64,000 nt of DNA from Saprolegnia diclina VS20 (Eukaryota): the NCBI RefSeq assembly GCF_000281045.1, contig NW_008246138.1, forward strand, positions 98,734-162,733, written 5' to 3'. Within the stretch, counting starts at the first letter, position 1; every line of letters begins with the position of its first letter. Shown one piece after another: positions 49,153 to 62,511 of the stretch. The notes under the pieces were generated by a model that was not told the origin of the DNA, searched no databases, and saw nothing but the letters and a program-made list of their open reading frames with translations. Both the position numbers and the translations under genes were made by a program.

Positions 49153-49848
49153 ATGGGCGCAGCCTGCTTCCGAGGTCGTAGTACCCGCAGCCTTCTCTTC
49201 GTCGGTCTCGACGGCGCTGGCAAGTCGTGCCTCCTCGCATGGCTCGAGCCGACGAGTAGCACCACCAGCGTCATTGCGCCCACCATTGGTGCTCGGCGGT
49301 GCCAGTTTGCGTGGGCGCGGAGCCGAGCCCGCTTCCAAGCCTGGGACCTCTCAGGCCACGGACGCTATCGTAGACTGTGGCCCTACTACGCTGGCCACGT
49401 TCACGTACGCGATGCGTTCTGCTATCTGTAAGCATGGCGCAGTAGGCGATTGTGTTTGTCGTCGACGCCACCGACAAGGCACGGCTGCCCGTTGTCCGAC
49501 GCGAGCTGTGGGCGCTCTTGAACCACAAAGGTAAGGCACTTGGTGAGGTGGACCTTCAACGACGATGCGCTTAGCACTCGTTGACCGGGCAACACCGCTG
49601 CTTCTCTTCCTCAACAAGTCGGAAGATCCAAACGCGGTCTCGATTAAAGAAATGGAGCGGCGCCTCCACTTGCACCAGCTCAAGGTAGCTTTGTGTAGCG
49701 AGCCGCAGCCTCAAGGTTGCTTTAGCGTTGCTGGCGTGCGGAGGCGTGCAGCGCCGTCACGGGCGCGGGTGTCGCGGCCGGCGTCGACTGGCTCACGACC
49801 ACGCTTCTCGATGCCGAGTCGGACGAGAATGCACATGATTTAATTTAG
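49153..49848 (+). CDS. ARF-like small GTPase, ARL6/BBS3-like (4 exons)
   Basis: MG N-terminus, GLDGAGKS, PTIG, WDLSGHGRYRRLW, AIVFVVDATD, LFLNKSE, CSAVTG..V..GVDWL. Confidence 0.8.
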
Positions 49849-49872
49849 ATCTTAGTCGTACGAGTATATAGA

Positions 49873-52800
49873 TTACAATATGACGCACTCGCTGCGCGGC
49901 GGCGGCTCGACGGGACTCTCGTCGGCCGCACGCAGCTTGGCCACGTGTTGCAGCAAGGCGAGGCTGAGGCGGCGGCGACGCCACCACTTTTGCACCAGCA
50001 CCGCGGCTTGGAGATCGACGCGCATCTGATCTTCCTTGGGGCGGGCGCCGGGCCCATACTCGACGAGGAGGCCAATGCCCGTAAAGACACGTGGCGCCCG
50101 CAAAATGAGCTTCGACATGTGACGCTCTTCGGCCGCGTCAAAGGCCTCAACTTCGCCCATGACGGCGCGCTGAAAGTTGACCATCTCTTCTTTGAACTTG
50201 GCCTTCTTGTCCTCGCTCACAATCAGCGGCGCAATGACGGCGGCGACAACCCCCGTGGCGCCGGCCACGGTCTCGTAGCTGGCGCTGATCGTGTTCATGG
50301 CCAGCGACCGGACGCCGAGGTACGCGCCCGAGATGAGCTCGACGGGACTGCCCGAGACGAGGCCGCGCGTCGGCAGCCGAACGACCTCGAGGAAGCCGTG
50401 GCCAAGCCGATAGACGATGCGGAACGGGTTCACAAAGAGCGACACCGTGTAGAGGCCTTGCAGCACAATGTACAGCGCTTGCTGGTGGTAGTGCCGGTAC
50501 AGCTTTTCCAGCACGACGCTCTTGCTCTCGTAAATGTGCACGAAGAGCAGTTTGCTGAAGTTGAGCCGCATGTCCTTGACGTTCGAGACGGGAAGGTACA
50601 TGGCGAGGCGCCGGCCCGACGGCCCCAATGTCGCAATGTGCTTGCCGCCGTTGAGCTCGAGCGAAAAGAGGATCCGGATCGACTCGATGTCGAGCTGCTC
50701 AATGTAAATGCCGTCCGTGATCGGCGCCGACGCGTCCTCGAGGCGGTAGCGCACGCGCGTGTCGACGACACTCGCAAAGCTCTCGGCCGACCCGAGGCTT
50801 TCGACGCCCTGGAAGACGCTGATGAGGTTTACGACAAACTTCTCGTCCGTCGTGATCTCGAGCTCCTGCACAATGAGCTCGACGAGCTCCACGTGGAACG
50901 CGCCGGCGCTGCACACGTCGTTGTAGAGCATCCGAAACTGAATGACCGGGAGCGCTTGCACGTCCACTTGCTCGTAAATACCGCGGTACTGGTGGTTGAG
51001 GCAACTCTTCCAGCGGTCGCGGAGGCGCACGCTCACGCCTTCCTTGCGCTTGACGCCGCGCGGCCCCAGCACCACCTTGCGGTCCATCTGGTTGTCCATC
51101 TGGAGGTTCCCGACCGCAACCGCGAGCTCGCTGCTGCCGCCGTGCGCACTGTAGACCGCGTGGAGCCGCTGCAGCGAGAGGTATGCGACGTCGAGTCGGT
51201 TCGTGTTGTGAATGAACGAGACCGCGACGCTCGAGAGCCGCACGTTGAGCGACATGCCCGGAATCGGGTCCATTTCGACCGCGTCGTTCGGCTTGCGCGT
51301 CTTGACGTCGTGCTCGCGTGTCGAGAGAAGCGTAAACTTGAGCGCCACCTGGGCTTGGCCAATGACGCGCCCGTCGTCCGTCGTGAGGTTCCACCAATAG
51401 CCTTGCAGGTCGCTCAAGCTGCGCTCCGTGCCGTGCTGGAAATGCTGCCACACCTTTTTCGGTAACTTGATCTCGACACCGCCGATGCGCTGTTTATTCA
51501 GCGAGTCCTCGTCACCGCCGTCGACCGGTACGACCGGCATGCCCACCGAGAGCGATGACGCGGCGTCCGGAGCACGGCCAAAGTCAAACCCGCCGGCAGG
51601 TGACCGGTCGTGCTGCTCCAAGAGGCGGCGGCTCAGCTGCGACGCCGAGGTGTGGCGGCCCAGGAGCTTCTCGCGGAGTGCATAGGACGACGCCTCGTGG
51701 TCGTGCATCTTCATGAACGGGTGCGTCGGCGACTGCAGCTCGGGCGGCGTCATGGGCACCGACGGATCCCCAATATCCACGTGCAACGACGGCGTTTCGT
51801 CCGTCAGCACACCGTCGCTCGTGCCTTCCTCTTCATCCACGTCTTCGAGCAAGTCGACTTGCAGCTCCCGCGGCCGCTTGACGCACATGAGCGTCTCCTT
51901 GCGTTCAAAGCGGTACACGCCGTGACTCTTGAGAGTCTCAGGGCCAAACGTAGTTGCCTAGATCAAGCCGAGTGTGAGTTACAACGCTGAGGAAGCGACG
52001 TACCGAGGTGCGCGCCGTGTCGGCGACGACGCGAATGTACGCCCGGCGGGGCTTCTCGTCCGGCAGCAGCGACCGACGCACGGCGATGATGTTGACTTCG
52101 AGACAAAATTTCGTGCGGGCCACGTCGGCCGAGTCGATGCTGCGCAGCACAAGGACGCGCGACGAGTCTTTGAACTTGACCTCGGCCGCAATGTGGGTCT
52201 GCGACCGGCGGTCGGCCCACACAACCGCCTCTTCCCGGTCCAGACTGTCAAAGTCGCAGAGACGGAGCTGCGTGGCGTGGCGCCACTCGCCGTTGACGAG
52301 GTCTGTCAGCATCGAGACCGCCAGCTTCCTACAACAATACGATCCTAAGACACGATTCGAGCGCAGCAGTGTGGGCACCGCGGCTGGTCGGGCAGTTCCC
52401 ACGCAAACGTCGTCGTCGAGTGGGGCGGCAGCACGACGGCCTCGGCGCCGCCTTGCTGCACGGCTTTGAACGCAGTGTCTGAGTGATTCGTAATCCGCAG
52501 CATCGGTGGCGCGTCACGCAAGAGCGTCACGACGATCGACGCGCCGACCGTATGCACTTTGACGCGGATGCGCGGCACGTTGGCCTGCGCCGGCTCGTCG
52601 TGCCAGAGCGCGCGGGCACCGGGCAGCCAGAGCGAGAATTCCTGCTCCTCGTCGATCGAGAAGAACCCGCTCCACTTGTCGCTGACGAGGTAGTTGGCGT
52701 CGGCCGCGCCGCCCGCCTTCAGCCGCACCTTGCGGCCCATGAGGAGCGAGTCGCCCGGAAAGTCAAAGGCCACTTCGTGCGCGTGCGGCAGCACTTCGGT

Positions 52801-55800
52801 CGCCCGCGCGTCTTTGGCCGTCGACGCCACCTCAAACTTGATGTGCGTCTCGTTCACAAACACGTAGCGCGGCGAGATGACGACCTGCGTGCTGCGGTGA
52901 AACTGGCCGAGCGGTCGCTGGATCGAGACGCCAATCTCGCGCTTTGGTGCCTTCTTGGACGCCGACTTGAGCGTGATCGAGCGCTGGACGCCGACCACGG
53001 ACGCGTGGAGCTTCTCCGACCACTTGGCCGTCTCGTGCGCAAAGACCGTGCTCATTTCCAGTACGAGCGACGGGCAGTCGAGCAGCCGCGGGCGCGGCGC
53101 CAGCAGCTGCTTGCACGACGTCACCGGCGCGTTGGCCTCGGCGCAGCGCACGAGGAGCTCGTCGACGTGCGAGTAGTTGTACAGCCAGACACTGGCGTAA
53201 ACGACCGTGCGCGGACTGCCATTGTCCGCGACGGTAAAGTCGAGGCGCGCCGTAAAGAGGTGCGCGTCATCGGCGACGAGTGCGTGCGTCGACGGCGCGT
53301 GGGTGTAGAAGGCGAGCTCTTCCGACGCCCGGCGCTGGTTCGGGAGGTCGGCGGCCGAGATCGTCTGGTTCGAGATATGCGTCGCCTCTTGTGAAATGCA
53401 CTTGGCCAAGCTCAACGGCGTGCTCCAGCTCGAGGCTTCTTCCGGGAGACTCAGCACCAGATGCGCGTTCTTGTGAAACTGGTGCAACTCGACCTCCTCG
53501 CCCGGCGCAAGCGTGCCGTCGCAGACAACGGTCGGTGGACCCGGCACGAGCGCGACCTCGACCTTGTACTTGAGCCGAATCGGGAGCGCATTCTCAAACA
53601 CAAAGCCCGCGTGCAGGCGCACTTGGTACTTGGCGTCGTGGCCCATAATGTCGCCCTCGTCCGCGTCGTTCGTGGCGACGACCGCCTCGGTCGGCAAGAC
53701 GTCGTACTGCTGCTCGCGGTACACGTTGCGGACGTGCGACACAATCTCCATGAAGAAGCAGTACCCGCAGTCCAAGCTCGGGTTGATGGGCTCGAGGTAC
53801 AGAATGTGGCAGCCCACCTGCTTGTGCAATGTCGAGAGGTCCGCGATGCGCGTCCGCTTCGAGTGCAGTAGCTGCAGCACGAGGCAGTGCTCGGCCTCCG
53901 AGTAGAGCGCCGAGAGCGGCAGCGAGTACTTGGCGCCCGGTGGCACGGCCAGCATCGACTAGCATCAGATATCAGAAATGAGTGCAATGATGGAACGTAC
54001 GTCGCGGCGGATGATGCTCACGGACCGTCCGCGCAGTAGGGTCGGGTCCAAGAGGCTCTCGGCCTCAAAGGCGTCGCACTCGGCAATCGGGAAGGTCCCG
54101 ACGTTCATCGTGAGGTTCGTGAGGTTCTTGAGCTGCTTGGGCGAGCTCAGCACGAGAACGCGTCGAAACTCGTCGCGCTGCGCGACCTTGACTTCTGCCA
54201 CCACGTCCTCGCCGCGGATGAAAAACTTGCCGGCGCGCTGGAGGGGGCAGAGGAGACTCCGAGGGCCGCCGTCGACGAGCACTTCCAGCGCGAGCGGCGG
54301 CACGTACCCGTGCCGAATGCTCTCTGGGAGCTGCACCGCGACTTTGACGTCGCCGTCGGCCGTCTCGAGAAGCGTGTTGCTATTGGAGCCGAGCCGGAAA
54401 GGGTCAACTGTCAGCGACCCGCCGCTCGTCACCGTCACCACGCACGATGCGGGGCCCGTGCGCGGCCGCGGTGCAAAGTGCAGCGCGACGAGGATCTCGC
54501 CCGTGATGACGCCGCGCACGTCGCGGAGGCGGTGCCACTGGCAAAAGCGGAGTCGCTTGGCGCCGTTCTCGGCCATGAGCGAGCCCGCGAGGTTGAGCTC
54601 GACCGTGCCGACGGGCATCCACTCGTCTTCCTTGCTCGCTTCGGCGTGGCCGCGCGGCGACGCGACGGGCGACGCGTCGTGCCGCTCGTCGTGGAAGAGC
54701 ATCGCCTGCGTCCCGTCGAGCTGCAGCTGCATGGCGTTCTGGACTTTGGCGCTCACTTTGATGCGGAGCTTGGGCGCGACACCGGCGTTCGCGCCTCCGT
54801 ACGCCATGCGAAACGTGTGACTGAGCGACTCGAGCTGGCCGCTCGCCTCGCGCGGACTCCACCACGGAAGCAACACGGCGTCGAGCTTGACGTCATGAAA
54901 CCGCGTGTAGCTCGGAAGGCTCCAGCCGTCGCGGACCTCGATCGTGAGCTCGCCCGGCGTCGACGTGTTGAGGTTCGCGAGGCGGATAGGCACGCCGAGG
55001 TTGTTCCAGACGCTCACGCGCTCGTGCTTCTCCGAGACGGCGGGCACGAGGAAGTTGGCGGCCTTGCCAGGGTTGATCTGCTTGCGGTGCTTCTGCACCG
55101 AGCAGAGGAGCCGCACAAACGCCTCGGTAAAGTTGATGTTGAGCCGCTCGCGCGCTTTTAGCAGCACCGTGAGCTCTTGCCGCGGCGTCTTGGCCACGTC
55201 CATGGCGACCGTCCACGGCTCGACGAGCGGCTCCCAGTCGGCGAGCGCCGTGTTGTAGTAGCGCGCGACCACGACGATGCTCGAGGTCGACGTGAAGTCC
55301 ATCTTGAACTCGCTGCCCGACGACGCGTCAACCTCGATGCGGGAGAGAGAGAGCTTCATGACCGGGATGAACGTGTCGAGCGCCACCCGGGAGAGCGACC
55401 GCTTGACGACTTCAAACACGATGGCGTCGACGCGCAAGACGACGCTGTCGTGGATTTGCGTCCACACCGAGTAGCTCGGGCCCTGCGTGAGTGCCACGAA
55501 CGCCTGGAACGACACGAGCGGCCCGATAAACTGCATCATGGGCACGCCCTCGACATACGTCATCGACTGGATGCTGCGCTGGCTGCGTCGCGGGCGCACC
55601 GACCGCGTCGAATACTGCGATTCGTACCGGCCGCTGCGCTTGATGCGCGACATGGACGTAGGTCCGTCCGGCGTCAAGTCGACCACGTGCGGCGGCGACG
55701 TCGGCGACATGAGCACGGGCGGCGACGTCAGCGTCGCGTTGCGGTGCTGGAGGTCGTCTTCGTCGAGATCGTCGAGATCGTCGTAAAAGCCAGTCCCATT

Positions 55801-58800
55801 CTCATCCTCGTCCTCGTCAATGTGCTGGAGCGCCTCAAACAGCTGGTACAAGATGCGCATGCGCCCGTCGGCCTCGAGCTTGATTTGGCCAATGTCGACG
55901 CGCGAAACGCGCTGCCGGGACCGCGCGGCAAGGTCGTAGCGCACGCGGAAGCCATCGACCTGCGCGAGGCGCAGCTGGTTGTCCTTGGTCATGACGTAGA
56001 GCGACGTTGCGCCCAGCACCACGTCCAGCGACTCGGCGTCTGTCGTCGCGACAAAGCCGAGCTTGGCCTTCTCCACGACGCACTTGGCCACGCAGTGCTT
56101 CTCTTCCACGTACACCTCAAACATGGGCACGCGCACATCGAGATGTAGTTGCGTGGCCTTGAGGTACGGCTCGACAGTCGTCGGCGCCGGCTCGTCGGAC
56201 GCCCAGAGCGGCGAGAGTTCGTTGAGGGCGTCACCAATCGCAGTCGCCACGTCGTGCGGCAAGAGGCAGCCGCTGAGAACGAGGTTGACGCGCAGCCCGA
56301 GCTTGGCGCCGCCAAAGGGCAGACCAACCTCCGGGCTGCGGAAGCGCAAGTGCAGCTCCACCGCGCGGTTCGAGCCGCCGAGGTGGTCGGACGTGATCGC
56401 CATCGGCTTGAGCTTTCCGCGCTCAACGTCGAGAAACGTGTCGCCAAGGTACAGGACGCAGTAGGGCTTGAGCGAGCGCCGGTCGCGGACCTCGAGCTTT
56501 TCGAGCGCAAAGTCGATGGCCATCGCGCCGCTGGTTTCGAGATTCGGCGCGTCGTGCAGCGCTACCGAGAGCGACGCGTCGCTGGCATAGATGCTAACCC
56601 ACGCCGCCATGCGCTGGTACAAGGACCGGGCCGTGCTGCTCGGCGCCCGCGTGCTCGCAAACGAAAACGCGAGGTGCGACCGCAACCACGTCGGCCAGCC
56701 GACTTTGGGCAAGAGCGGCCGTCTCGAGACGTCCACCATCTTGCTGCGCACGGCTTGGCTCTTGACAAAGAGACTGTGGCGCCAATCGGCAAGGTCCGAC
56801 GCCGAGTACGACGCCAACAGAAACGTCGAGATCGAAGCCACCTTTTTACCGTCGACAGTCGACTCGGTCTTGAGCGTGACTTCAAGGCAGTACGAGACGC
56901 GCGTCGGCGTGGCGCCGGCGGGACCCAAGAGATCCAAGTTGGCGTGCTTGATGCGGTTGCTGAGGCGACCGGGGGACGGCGTCGACGCAGGCGGCGGTGG
57001 CGGCACCTCCCAGTCCTCTACTTGCACCATGTTGCCCACGTGGAGCACGCTGTCGATGGCCTCGACGCGCTCTTCGTCAATGAGGACCCGGCCCGTGTGG
57101 TCTTCGTAGAAACGCAAGACGCCAAACTCGTCCAGGTACACAAAGAGCTCGTGCCACCGCCGGAAAGCGAGCGAGAGGTCTTGCCGGAAGAGCCACCCCT
57201 TGTGAACGTCCATCGGGTGTTGGCCCATAATGTGCTGCCGCAGCCCAATCTTGTCACGTCGCGCGTGCCGACTCGAGACCGAATTCGGTGACGGTGGTGC
57301 CGTCAGCGTTGCGTGCCAGTGCTTGATGACGGTGCCGTCCGGGTGCGCCAACAACAGTGTCGTGGTCGACGTCGGCGGCGCGGTCGCGAGCACACCAAGC
57401 GTGTTGTGAACGCTGCACGGCACGTCAAACACCAGCTGCAGAAACCGCATTTTGGCATCGACCGAGGGCCCAAGGACATTGCCAGCCGGCATGGCCACGC
57501 GCACGCACTGTTCGAGCAAGAACGAGTCGATGTAAATTGCGCGCGTGTGGTCGCGAAAGAGCCGCAGGACACCCGTGGCGTCCAACGTCACGTACAGCTC
57601 GTCCCAGCGCCGACACCCGAGGCGGACGTCTTCGTACATAAAGTACCCTTGCAGCCGTAGATCGTCTTGCACCGTCGCGTCGGGCAGCCGGTGGCGCGCC
57701 ACACGCGTCACGAGGCGCTTTCGGCGCAGCGTCGGCAGCGCAAACCGGCGCACCATACGCCCGCGAACGTACTTTTGAATTTGAACCACCGCGGCGACGA
57801 CGCGCTCGTAGACAAAGGCGTCGCGGAGCCACTCGTGCAAGCCCGCGTGCGCGTGCGCGTTGTGGATCGTGAGCTGGCTAAACACCGAGCGGTAGGCGGG
57901 CGGCGACGTCGCGGATGTCGCGCGGCGCATGTTGGCTTTGGCGACGCCCACAAAAAGCCGAAGGGTCGCAAACGACAGGTTGTACTTGACGTTGGCCGGC
58001 GCGGGCTCGAAGGCGGTCGTGACCGCCGTCGACGTCGTCGAGAGCGGCGGCAGCTCCATCGAGATCGGCGGCGCCGAGGGCGTGAACGCGCGGCGGCTGA
58101 ACTCGCCCAGGGCCTCGAGCACCGCGCGGCACTTGTGGCCTTCGTACACGACAACGGCGTGGCCAATGTGGCAGCCGTACTCGACCGCGTACGTCGCCAC
58201 GTCATCGACGTCGACGCCCGGGTGGTCGGTTTCGAGCGTATTCATCGAGAGCCGAAGCGCGTGCGTATGGCGCTCCCGCAGCATGATCTCGTCGAGGCTC
58301 GAGACCAGACACGACGCGGTGACCGCATCGGACGTCGACTCTTGCACGTAAAAGTGGTGCGCCGAGAGCGTGTACTTGTGGAAGCAGAAGAGGCCCGGGC
58401 CAAACCCCTCGACGCCAAACGCCACCGTTTGCACGACGGCCGACGCGATGACGCGCTTGAGACGCACGAGCACGAGACGCAACTCGACCTCGGTCGCGAC
58501 AAACGACGCGGCGGCGACGAGCTGGTTGGGCGTCGTGACGGCCGGCGCGATCTCTGGGTGCTGGAACGTCAGAACCACCGCGTGGTCGGCGACGTGGTCG
58601 TCCAGCTGCGCCAAGAGCGACGGGATCGATGTGAAGGCAAAGGCGTCGTGGAGGCGCCGGCCGTCCACCTTGACGAGCAGCATGCCGGGCTTGAGCGCCT
58701 CTTTCGTCGCGGCCTGGGCAAAGCAGTTGGTGACTACGACGGTCCCTTGCTTGGTCAGTTCGAGCGCCAAGCCGAGGGCGCCGCGCGTAAACTTGAGGTT

Positions 58801-60162
58801 GACCTCGGGGGCCGGCACACCAAACATCTCGCCAATGTCCAAGAGGAGGCTCCGCGACACATCAACGTCCACGAGCACGCTTGCGTCGTCGCCAAAGGTC
58901 GCCGAGTTGCGCAGCGCGAGGACCGCTTCGAGCGGCAAGAGATGCTCGAGGAGGATCAGCCGCTTCCACGCGTCCGACTTCTTCACGCTCTCCCAGTGCG
59001 TTTGCTTGAGATACACCTTGTGCAGCGCGTCCCAGTGGAGAAGGTACTCGGCCGCAAGCGACTGCGTGTACTGCTCGCGCTCGTCGGCTTTCACGCCGTG
59101 GGCCACCGCGCTGCGCCACTTGTCGTAGAGGCCAAAGCTGTCGAGGACCGCGTTGATAAGCTGGAGCTGCTCGTCGTCGACCATTGCGATGAGCTTTGAG
59201 AGCTCAAAGCACGCATCGTAGCGCGGGACCGACGACGCGAGCGTCTGCAGCGCCACGTTCATCGTGAGCTTGAGCGTGACGTGGAAGGGGGCGAGGACGA
59301 AGCGGTGCGTGTGCGCGTCTTCCGCAGTCGCGTACCAGTCGAGGCGCGCGTTCATGTCGGCCATCGCTTTGAGCCGCGAGAGCGTCGCATGCAGCACTTT
59401 CGGGTGCTTGGACGAGTGCACAAAGTGAAGCGCGTGTGGGTCGACGTACGCCGAGAGGTTGATGGCTTGGATGAGCTTGAAGACAACGTGGTCGCCGGTA
59501 CTGGCATCGGGCCCCGTGAACGACCCCGTGCGCCAGTTAGGCCCGGTCGTCTCGGCGTAGAGCGCGCCGATGCTAAAGCCGATCGCAAACTTGCTTCGCG
59601 TCATCGGCGACGTCTGGTGGTCGCCTTCGTAGCGAATGTGCACGTTCCGGAGCTCGATCTGTAGGTTGTCCATGAGGCGCGTCACGAGCCGCCCGAAAAA
59701 GCCGTCGGCGCCGTAGTAGCCATCGTTCGTCGCGTCTTTGGCGGCTTTCGACTTCTTGGCGTCGTCCGGAACCTGCGTCTTGTCGAGCGGAGGCCCGTGT
59801 ATTCGCTCGAGGACATCGCGCTCGAGGGCGGCGCGCTTCTCGGCCTTGAAGTCGTCGACCTCCTTGGCCTTTTCTGTATCGTCGAGCGTCCGCGGCGAGA
59901 GGATCACGAGTACGTCTGTGAGCGTGAGCTTGGCCGGCGTCATGCCCAGCGTCTTGAACGGGATGTTCATCGTGAGCGCGCCAATGAGGCCGGCCTTGAG
60001 GCGGAACGGCGCCGAGGCCGGCACGACGCTGGGCTTGAGGTTGACGTTCTCGCAGCGGACGTTCTCGTCGTTGAAGATGTTGATGCTCAGGTCGAGCTTC
60101 TCGCTCTCGATCCAATCCCCAAGAAGCTTCTCGGCCAGCGCCTTGAGCCGTCCCTCGATCAT
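49873..60162 (-). CDS. VPS13-family (chorein-N) bridge-like lipid transfer protein with PDZ, IQ, PH and C2 modules, multi-exon
   Basis: Chorein-N-type start (LLGDWIE..., LKAGLIGALTMNIP, DNLQIELRNVHIRYE), YYNTALADWEPLVEPW, VAB-like ENALP and ISPRYVFVN, GNLQMDNQ, C-terminal glycine-rich helices; ORFs 53965-60297, 52345-53955, 51938-52402, 49873-51918. Confidence 0.85.
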
Positions 60163-60413
60163 GCCCGGCCTCTTCCCGTTGCCGCGTACGCGTATTTGGT
60201 AGGTGTATGCCCATACAAACCGCAAGATATTCACACCGTCTTTTTCGCATGCTTTGCCGCGCTGTGATTGGTCCAATCCAAAATGGCGCGATGCCATTGG
60301 GTAAAATGCGAGTTGGGGGTGTTACCACGCTCCGAACCAGATACCCTAGCTACGGGCTCACGCTGCGGTGATGAAGGCAGAGCAAGACGACGATGATGGA
60401 ACGAGACGACGTC

Positions 60414-61282
60414 TTAAGGCTTCTTACACGACAGCTTGTGCACGCGCCAATGCGACTTTTGGCAGTCGGCGCTGCAGTAGTACTCGGCCTGGCAGCGCGA
60501 GCAGCGGTGGACGCCCTTGGCCGAGCACGACGGCGAGCCACACACGCGACCGTTCGTGACCGGGGCGGTGGGGGCCTTGGCCGCAGCTTGCGGGTTCGTC
60601 TGGCTCTGCGCGATCTTGATCCACTCGGCATCGGCGTTGATCTCGGCCAGCTTGAAGTCCATGCGCACGAACGCGTCATCTGCATTCTAGCAATGAGCCT
60701 CAAACGACGCAAGCAAGCATACCGTTGTCAAAGACGCGGCCAATGAACGCGTCGCCGCGCACCTCGAGCATGCGACCGCACGCTTGCGCGATCGCCGACG
60801 CACGCATGTTGAGCGGAAGGTTCTTCGCCGTACCCTTGTCGTCCACGTACATGTTGACGCCAATGTGCTTGGCCGCTGCCGAGTTGGTGATGAGCGGAAC
60901 CGAGTCCACCAAGCTATCCATCTAGCACGAGTGTGAAGTCGTATCAATCGACAAAAATTGCTACGATGCCTACCTGCAGCATCATCGACATGACCTCGTC
61001 GTTCATCGTCGAGCCCTTGGGCATCTGTAGCCATCGTTAGCTTGGGCAACGTCCACGCACAAGCCGGTGCAAACGACGCACCTGCGCAAGGATCTGCTGG
61101 CGAAAAGCTTCGCGCTGCTCAGCGTTGGACGCGCCACAGGACTGCTCCTTGAAGTGCGCGCGGAGGCGCTCCGTGAGGCACGAAATCTGGCCGTCAATGT
61201 CCTTTGGGAGGTCGATTTGCCACTCGGCGAGCTCCTTGTCGTCCGTAGCAGGGATGCACACGACGGTGAATTGCTTGGCCAT
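60414..61282 (-). CDS. MYND zinc-finger protein, multi-exon
   Basis: VNMYVDDKG...LPLNMRASAIAQACG...VRGDAFIGR; C-terminal CGSPSC...CSRCQAEYYCSADCQKSHWRVHKLSC. Confidence 0.85.
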
Positions 61283-61633
61283 GGCGCAGAACTTGAATGG
61301 CACGCGACCAGCCCGATCAATTATCCGGACACACTACTTTGGATCGATCTCGTGTCCTGTTGAGCTATTAATAGTGTGACGATATCTATTCAAATAGTGT
61401 GAAAGATTGTGATCCACAGCAACTTCGGCAGTTGCGAACAGCCGCCGTTGCGACACCAGCCGTCGCCCGCCTTGCAGAGCTAGCAGCGCAGCGTCTGAGG
61501 TTCCTTCGTCCCCAGCCCTTTACCAGCGGCAAGTGAGCTATCAGGTCGACCTGATCGCTCTGCCACATCGTCCGGATAATCGTATCCGAACAAGTTTGCC
61601 GCGGTGAACCTTCCCTCCAATTTCCATTTGACC

Positions 61634-62469
61634 ATGTCGCCGTCCTGCGTGGGTTTGCCGAGCTGCAGCGCCAAGATGCCAACGAGAAGCCTCCGCCGCC
61701 ACGCGCCCCAGGGCGAGCTCCAGCTCATCATCGGGCCCATGTTCAGCGGCAAGACCACCGAGCTCATCCGCCGCATGCGCCGCTTCCACCACGCGCAGCT
61801 CAAGTGCCTCGTGGTCCGCGCGGTCATTGACGAGCGCTACACCAAGGACGAGTACGTGTGCCTGCGGCCAAGTAGCTGACGGTGATGCCACAACGTAGCC
61901 TCGTGAGCACGCACGACAAGCAAATGATCCCAGCGACGCCCGTGAGGCGCCTCGCCGAAGTCAACGACGTCTTTCGCCAGTACGATGTCATTGGCATCGA
62001 CGAGGGCCACTTTTACCCAGACGTACGATTCTGCCATGTCATCAACCATGGATTCACGATGCGCGTAGCTCGACGCGTTCTGCGACATGGCCGCCGACGA
62101 AGGCAAGATTGTCATCGGTAATACCTACACGATCCACGTACTGGCTGCACCGTGATGCGACTCGGTGATCTAGTCGCGGCGCTGGATGGCACGTTTGAGC
62201 GCAAGCCGTTCCCGCAAGTCTGCGGCCTCGTTCCGCAGGCCGAAAGCGTTACCAAGCTCAGCGCCGTGTGCGCCGTCTGTGGCACGGACGCTGCCTTCAC
62301 GCGTCGCCTCGTCAACAGCACGGCGATCGAGGTACTGCTTGATCACGCCCGTAGCTGAGGCCTCACACTTGTGTCGCAGCTCGTCGGCGGCAGCGAGATG
62401 TACCAACCCGTGTGCCGTGCGTGCTTTACGCTGCCACAGAAAGCCGAGGACGGCGCCGAATCGTCGTAA
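61634..62469 (+). CDS. TK1: Thymidine kinase (TK1 type), multi-exon
   Basis: GELQLIIGPMFSGKTTELIRR, DERY, STHD, DVIGIDEGHF, AALDGTFERKPF, KLSAVCAVC, VGGSEMYQPVCRAC. Confidence 0.93.
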
Positions 62470-62511
62470 GTATTGTATGGTTGTCCACAAATTACTAAGG
62501 AGAATATCATT

